A stretch of 59,686 bases of DNA, the filler included, from Sphacelaria rigidula (taxonomy: Eukaryota): assembly GCA_964200075.2 (NCBI GenBank). It is 8 parts of 8 records of this genome, joined end to end, with 100 filler letters (N's around TTAATTAATTAA, not from the genome) between each part and the next. Parts side by side here need not be neighbours in the genome. Positions count along the whole stretch, not along the records: positions 52,314 to 59,686 come from CAXNAA020015206.1; 7 more parts are not named here. One strand, 5' to 3'. The notes beneath the pieces are model-generated. The model was not told the origin of the DNA, made no database searches, and was given only the letters and a program-made list of their open reading frames with translations. This document shows, piece by piece, positions 52,314 through 59,686 of this stretch. The position numbers and the translations under genes are program-made. Numbering within the stretch: position 1 is the first letter of the stretch; each line of letters starts with the position of its first letter.

Positions 52314-52852
52314 TGTTCGGGCCACCCCCCCTCCGGACGACACCCCGGTCCCACCCCGCGCAGAAGGGGGCGCCCACCGGGGGGGGGGGGGGGGGGGGGG
52401 GCGTATTTCGCTCCCAAAAACACGTTTTTCCAGCGGTAGCGAAATCACCAGCTAGACCAAAATGAAAACTGGACCCTGGACAACTGTTCACCAAAACGAT
52501 CGGGGCTTGTTCGATTGGACCAACAGATGAAAAAAAGAGCCAGAGCTTACAAAGGGCTGTGCACTTCCAGGACCCCCGACGACCGATTAGCCCGTACGTT
52601 GTTCAAAAGTGCTGATAAGAATGACCTCCTTTATTTCCCTTCGAAATACTCATGAAATCTCTCCATACCCAGGTTTTGGGGAGTTGAGTTATAACGATGT
52701 TCAAAAAGTATCCATCGACTTATAAGCAAGCCACAACATTCCACGCTCATTGTGAAGTACGAAGAACGTGTTCGACATCGCTCGGGTTCTGCGATCCCCC
52801 CCCTACACAACATAACATCCTGGGCAATATATGGTCAACAGTTGCGATGGAA

Positions 52853-52949
52853 AAAAATGTACTGCGTAAAGTATAGGCCCATGGCAACTATTGTCGCTTA
52901 CCACAATTGCAATAGGCCTATACTTTACGCAGTACATTTTTCGGTAGTG
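52853..52949. mobile_element. Miniature CACTA-like hairpin element, left end lost
   Basis: 27-bp perfect inverted repeat (52853-52879 / 52915-52941); right end reads CACTACCGAAAAA on the minus strand. Confidence 0.7.
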
Positions 52950-53375
52950 TTCACCACTTGGTCTATTAGAACCTCCCCGGAATGTCATCACTTGATTTGA
53001 GTGTAAACACCGATATTCGCATCTTTAGCGGGGCTGACAGCTCAAACTGCCCCTCGCGTTCGCAGAACGCGTTTTAGTCAAAATAGAGCCGTTTTGAGGT
53101 CTGCCAACGTCACATTTCGCCTAGAGAACGCTCCGCACCCCCCTTGGCCGAGTTCCCGGTATGCCTTGGGTTGGAGTTAAGGTGTTAGGGTTAGGATTAT
53201 TTTTGAAATACATGTCTCCGAAAATTTTCTCCATCGACCAAGTGGTCAACACACCTCACATTTTTTTCCATTACAATACCTTGTCAAGAAGTGCACTGCG
53301 AAGAATGTGCAATATATCGTCTGTTGCAATAGTCATTATGCAATAGTCCATACTCTGGATCATGACTAACGGTTA

Positions 53376-53471
53376 CATTGTCAAAAAGTGTACTGCGTAC
53401 AGTATCGACTATTGCGTCTACTGCAATAGACAATATATTACCTACTGTACGCGGTACACTTTTTGACAGTG
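53376..53471. mobile_element. 96-bp CACTG-type (EnSpm-like) miniature element
   Basis: 29-bp TIR CA(C/T)TGTCAAAAAGTGTAC(C/T)GCGTACAGTA, flanked by TA on both sides. Confidence 0.75.
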
Positions 53472-56400
53472 TAATGAATCTTCCAAGGGCAGGTCGAGCA
53501 CAGTATAGTCAATTGACGGTAGAGAGGGTGGGGTACCTTCCCGAAATCCCGATATCAAAATAAGTAGGGTCAGAAGAAAATGAAGCACACTCGCGGTTCT
53601 AGATGCTACCGTGCTGCCGTACTGTCGCTAGTTGTGCAATCCAAATTCAGTGCAACTTTGCAGACACGTGGGGCTGGAGGGTTCTTTAGCCTAGGAACTA
53701 AAGAAGTTATATGTGAAGAAATGTAATAACCAAAACTTATGTCAGACAAAGAAAAATAACAAGAATGTTAACCCATTCTTACGTGAAACAAAAAGGAGAC
53801 AGCTATAGCCTGGTCCAGTCTAGAAACGAGTTCAAGCTCTGCAAAAAATATCTCATCGATACAGACGAGTTGGGCCGTGACCCGCATATCGTATTAATCG
53901 TCTGACTAAGGAGAGGGTGCCCTTCTACTCAAAAGTTTGGGCCATTTTTTCGTTGATTATACCCCATGTCTAGTAATTCCTATACCGTACGGATATAGCG
54001 TCCATACTAGTCTATATGAAACCTCGGAGGACGTATACAGAGGATGGCGATTTTCGGTGTGGGCATTCCCCGGAGCACGGGGAAACGAGCAGAGGCACTA
54101 AAAACACTAAATCTGGGTATCGCGTCTCAGTTTTCGAGTCGTGCTTTGACTTTTTTTCTAAAGAGAACCGCAAGTGCATAATGTAAAAAAAAAATCAGGG
54201 TTGTTCATTTTTCATCGTTTTTTTCTCTCGTTTTTTACTAAAGTTCTGAGGAAAAATGAATGTTGCTCTTGACTCTCGAACCGTGACTTGAAACTGAGCA
54301 CGGAGAATTGCAAAGGCGCTGAAGGGGAAAACAAGAGCCTTACTTTCTTCTTGAGAGAGAGGGAGAGAGAGAGAGTAGGGCGTTCTCATGAAAAAATAGA
54401 TAATAGCGTACTAAAACGTCCTAGATCAGAGAAAAAAATCAACCTGTCCCACTTTTGTTGCCTTATTATGCCCTCGCGAGGTCCTGCAAAAATTCCAATA
54501 TACAAGTACCAAACCTGGGGCGGTTGGTGGCCTGCAAAGTACTGTCCCTGATTTAGACCGGCCCGGTTTTCGAACGGATCATTCTTGGCTCAATTTTTAG
54601 AGCTGGACCTCATACTTTGGTGTGGACAACAAATGAGCAATAGTAGACGCAATATATGCATGGTCTAAAAAAAGCTATTTTTTTTTCAGGAGTTGAAGGC
54701 AATAATAGTCAGGTATCAGGTTTCAGTAAAATGCCGTTAACTCATGGAAAACAAAAAGCTTTGGGTCAATGCATACGTTTTTCTATCATGGCCTTTTATT
54801 GTCCGTGCCAAGCTTTAAGGTCCAACTCCAAAATTTTAGCCGAAAATGGGCCCGCAAACTACAACTCCGCTTCTAGGCTGGCCCGGCTCGTGTCGAGCAT
54901 CACATGCACCAACCTAGCATAGATCGACCACAATTTTTTTCAAATCGATTAAAATCGGAGCATAATATCCACAAAGTGAGCACCGCTATTGGTGAGATTA
55001 CGAGGAATAACAAGACGGCTACACGAGGATGATTGGGAGAACCCTACGCGCGGTGGCATGGGAAGCTTCGTTGATCCAAAAATAACAATGCCAACAAACG
55101 TCTGGCCTACCAAATGATATACCTTACATGCTGAAAACACTCAATGTCACACTGCCGACCAATTCTTCCCACCGTTGAGCAATGCTACGGTAGGGGTGCA
55201 CTTTTTTCGCGAATTATGTCTAGTTCAGGGGCTCCTGACGATTCAAGATGCACAAGAAATATGGGTCAGGACATCCCCGTTTGCAAATTCATTCGGGATA
55301 TCCCCAGCGCATTGGAGTAATTATCCTGGCGCACTTTCACATATTTTCATAGGTCGCATTTTGCATGAGATGAAGGGCTCCTAACAATTCTAACCTCGGA
55401 CAATATTTATGCAGCCCTATCGTAGCATCACTTCGTTGTCTTACCCGGATCAGACATTTAGTAGTGACCAAATCTGCCGCCGTGAACAATCCCTTGCATA
55501 TCCTGAATCGCTCCTGCAATGCGGTAAACTTCGATTGATCTATTCTTCTGTTGTACGTCGGCAACCCAGCTGGTTTTCGTGGTGGAAACTGGACTGCCGC
55601 CATGAGGTTGAGGGAGTCCCGATTATTATATTCCGGGATGTTTCCGGCAGCTCCTGCGGAAAAACCCAGACTGATCGCCTCCCCGCCTGTGCACACGGCC
55701 TCTGGGTAAGTAAAAATTGGCTTCGATTCTGAAATATTTATTGCCACGGTTGTTCTCAGAGTTGTCGGTATGTGTGTAGAGTATCCACCGCCCTCTCCTT
55801 CGGCCGTATATTCCACTTGGAAATTAAACTAAACCTAACACCGATATATTCCATATATATATATTCAAACGGAAACACTCAGACGGCGAAAACCGGGGAT
55901 CAGCGATACGGGAGGAAATTGCACATGATCCATGACGGATCCACCTTTGGCATTCGCAAAACTGGCAGATGCTCTTGTCATGTCGGCAGCACTTGACTTT
56001 GAGGCCACAGGGACAATTCTTACAGCAACGGCTGCAAGCCCATCACCCGCACTTGTCGTTGCCAAGGCATAATTTCCTTCGTGTTTCCATCACGAATACT
56101 ACGGAGTTGTGTCCTCACGGTGGCATTTAGAGTGGTATATACTTAAAGCTGCTGCTTCGCTGCGCCTGCCTTGATCGCCTCCACAGGGGATACGCCGCGC
56201 AGCAGTCGCTCGACCACCTCCCGTCGGCGCTCGTCTGAATACGTCGCCGCCATCTGCAAGCGGCGCCCGCACAACAACCCCTTTTCGACCGCACCCCGCT
56301 GACGCTTGACCGAACGAGTCTTAGCTAATTATCACCGGGCCAGCGGCTCCTGCAGGCGGTCGCCAAGACGAGTCTCCACCGTCTGCCGCCGACGCACTTC

Positions 56401-56518
56401 TGCTCCTTTATCGGGGTTATATATCTCCACGAGGAGCCGGTTTTGCCGTCCCGGCAGACCACCCACCGTGTACGGATACTACTATTATAGCTGTGTTGGC
56501 ACGACGGCTGCAGCTTAA

Positions 56519-56616
56519 CCCTTAGACCGCGAGGTTAGTCTTCTGTTGAATCGGCATCAATTTCAAGTGAAAAAAAGTATGCATGATCCAGAAAGACTAA
56601 TCTCGCGGTCCAAGGG
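56519..56616. mobile_element. 98-bp piggyBac-type MITE
   Basis: TTAA duplication; TIRs CCCTTRGACCGCGAGRTTAGTCTT. Confidence 0.88.
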
Positions 56617-56892
56617 TTAAGCAGCCGTGTGCGACGAAAATGGCCACGACCTTGCAGCTGCACAAGCAAGTGGCCGCCAGCTGCCGAGTCGGTGGAAGGG
56701 TTCTTGTTTTCGAGGATGTACATGAGCGATTAATCGCGCTATGTGCAGCAGAAGCACAGTTGGTGCTGCTCATGGTTACTCGCTAGGTCAGCTCGGGACG
56801 TACTACCCGCACCTACACCTGCACCTGCTCTGTGGCAACCTTCTACAGATCCAGCTACTGGCCTGTGTAGCGCGGGCTGCGCAGAGGATATG

Positions 56893-57021
56893 CAACGGCT
56901 GTATCTTCGTGAAGCCGCGTACACTGTAATACAGTCTGCTGTCATGTGGTGCGGTGCTGCTGTGCTGTACATATCATAACGGTTGTATCTTCGTGAAGCC
57001 GCGTACACTATGATACAGTCT
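56893..57021 (+). repeat. Short duplication (two ~45-bp copies, 84 bp apart)
   Basis: aacggytgtatcttcgtgaagccgcgtacact..atacagtct twice. Confidence 0.85.
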
Positions 57022-57643
57022 TTGTGTACAGCACTTTGACCCCACCCTAAGTTTGTGCAGACCGAAACACAGCATGCAGCAATACAACTGTTCAGGCACT
57101 CTCCAGTGCACATCATCACGCCATGTTCGCGGTAGAGTGTTTGAATGCACAACAGCACAGCGACAACTACAGCATAAAAAATTATGGGTGTGGGAAGCGC
57201 CTTGTTCGTTTGATGCAAGACTCAACAGCCTACACACAACAGTGAGTGGACAGCACCACTATGTGCCGACAAACATAATTTTCCCTATTCTCTGTGAAGA
57301 CGGAGGTGGTGACAATAAGGCAACTGACGCACTGCCAGCAGATACCAAACCGTCTTCGCAAAGTTTTCTAAACACCACAGGGCAGTGACAACTGCAGTTC
57401 ATGAGAGGACGCGTAAGTGATTGTGTGCCGCAGCACGGTGAAACAGCACATGTCCATGTGACAGTTCTTCCCCTTGTTTCAGACTGGTCCTCATTTTTTC
57501 GCGTGTAGTGCCGATCTTCGAGCGCTCGGCCATGATAGATAGCGCTTTGCGGGAAAATCTTCGGATCCAGTCCAAGTCACCTCTGTCTGTGGGAGGAGAG
57601 TCGAGATTTCTGGCGTTGCACCCATGTACACACAACAACTCAC

Positions 57644-57797
57644 CGACTTGATCCTTGTCATCAACAACGCCCAGATGTTCAACCATATATCCCGCATAGG
57701 CGAAAGGCGACGTCCAGAAGTAATACTGGCTGAGCTGACCCAACGCGATTGTCATGACCGGCATCACAGGAAACGGAGCCATCTTTCGCTGAGCCAT
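57644..57797 (-). CDS. First coding exon of a ZIF/ZIFL-like MFS transporter
   Basis: MAQRKMAPFPVMPVMTIALGQLSQYYFWTSPFAYAGYMVEHLGVVDDKDQVG followed by gtgag; resembles the S.F.Y...MV..LG..G TM1 pattern. Confidence 0.65.
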
Positions 57798-59612
57798 TGC
57801 AACCCTTGCTGCCCAGCAGTGTAGACAAAATACTAGAGATAGTTTGTTTTCGCCCTGAGAAAAAGACCACCACAACGCTGCTGAATTGATTAGGCGGTGT
57901 AAACACTTGCATCGAAAATCTATGGTTGCCAAGAAAAAATGAAATACTGTACTGTAACCTGTTAATGTTTTTGTAACGTTCGGTATGAACCTCACACCGT
58001 TGTTGGTCCGTTCAGGGTCGGTACACCCTCAACATAAATGACGGAAGTTGAAACCAGGACCGCTCATTCATGGGGATTTTCCGTTTCGAGCGCACATTTT
58101 CGATCGAAAACAAAGATCGTGATGATGTCATTGTTGATCGAACACATGCGATGAACGATCGACTAAACTCCGATCTCACACAGATAGTGATTTCAACAAT
58201 ATTTTGAATACGATATTATATGATAATCGTAGTTGAAATCACAACTTGTCACATTCGAGATTACCTCTTCTCCGTCGCATATTTTCGATCGAAAACTGAT
58301 GCGGGACAGGGGATGATTTTGTACTGAATACGTCGCGCATTTTCTGCGCAAAGGACAGCTGTTCTGGCCGAGCGTTCAAGATCGGCACCCGGCAAACACT
58401 AGAAGTAAGACCCGGTTCAAATCAGGTGAAGGACTAAAACATGGGGTATCAACATGTCTGGATTTTGAAAACACACAACCCGCGCCGGTATACTCCGCTC
58501 GACCGGCTGGGCTAGATGCCGTGCTCCGATGAAAGAAATATTCCACAGCATGGTGTGGATATACTACACCGCGAGAGTAATGCTTACACCGGTCAGCATA
58601 GCGGCCAGTGCCGCTGGAATCGGCGCCAGCGCTGGCGGCCACGGAAAGACACAAGCAGTTATACTAAGATGTGGTTATACCGATAGACGAGCATCGCAAT
58701 GATCCCCTGCGGCGGTGATGCACCACTCGCTGTGTGCCTGTCTGCTTGCAGCTTCATTTCTTTACTGCTGCTCTATCCGCCCCTTTAGTACGTACACTCC
58801 AGGTGTGACCCGAGAGTGCTATCCAATCACAGTCATCTTTTACGACATAGTCCGCTACAAAGGTCGTTTTTCATTGGCGCTAGATTCCGCCGATTCCTCA
58901 CTAGAGGGCCTCTGATTGATTGAAAGTCACACTGCACCACGAGAATCTCCCCTCGCCCATGGATGGGTGTTGTGCCTTCGCGGGGCAAATGGAAGCTTTT
59001 GTCAAATTGTGTGGTGGACCTCGGCTAGACCGACTTTTACGGCAAAATATATCGATATTGCGGAGACCCCGATATCTCGAACCGGGGGCAATCATATTTT
59101 TATGCCTGGGAGGACCGCGTGCTTGTACGGGACCGCATCGAAATTCTGTCATCCCCCTGCTTGGGGTTTGGGGTATTGTTGGGCCCGATTGATTTTGAAA
59201 AACTTCGATCCCGAGGTCTTTTTGACCATGGTACTGTCCCCTGAGCACGCGGTCCTCTCACGCATTACGGTCCATTAGAGACGGTTCCCTACATGAGTGT
59301 CCTGAGCTGAGTACAAATCGTTTTTGTGTGTTTTTTGTGACTGCGACAAAATGATCCGATGTGTTTTGAAGTACTATGTGCGGTACCGTAGCACGCAGTC
59401 CTCTCACGCATTACACTACAGTAGCATGAGAGGAACACGCACCAGAAGTGAAGTATGAACACCATATATACAGTATGCAACAACAGTAGAGGTACCTGAC
59501 GGTTCCCGGTATATTTGACTGTTAATTTTCTGTCAGATATGCGAATCGGAGGGAGGGGTGTAACCCCCGAAGTTTGTCCGGGCTTCTGAACGAAATTTTA
59601 CCGACCATAGCA

Positions 59613-59686
59613 GCCGGTCGCCCCGGTGGCTCAGTTGGTAACCTCGTAACCTTCTGATGATTGAGTAGGGGGGTTCGATTCCCGGA
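59613..59686 (+). mobile_element. tRNA-like head of the SINE, cut by the contig end
   Basis: gccggtcgccccggtggctcagttggtaacc..ggttcgattccc. Confidence 0.85.

Noticed and set aside
55337-55560. Sola-type transposase (DQSK and KCDL motifs)
   Set aside because: The motif order does not fit and no catalytic triad is traceable

Overview
This is repeat-rich eukaryotic DNA, most plausibly from a brown alga or another stramenopile. That is inferred from short GT-AG exons separated by 0.3-6 kb introns, a Cys-rich CCxxxCxxCGG module and the transposon content. It is not one locus: eight unrelated contigs of 7373-7374 bp are joined by seven identical artificial 100-nt spacers (N44-TTAATTAATTAA-N44). 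Supportable host genes are seven exons of an ABC1/UbiB atypical kinase (+), four symmetric phase-1 exons of a modular Cys-rich protein (-), two exons of a Kelch-like protein (-) and a first exon of a ZIFL-like MFS transporter (-). Mobile DNA dominates: a decayed APE-RT LINE, an RT-deleted Gypsy element with 248-bp LTRs, a Copia fragment, tRNA-derived SINEs, mariner-, piggyBac-, CACTA- and hAT-like miniature elements and a 1.5-kb foldback. The best candidate for a novel system is the LINE plus a non-coding partner element. They share a structured ~75-nt 3' tail, eleven copies end in oligo(C) rather than poly(A), and copies stack inside each other's C-runs. All calls come from manual reading; no database searches were run.
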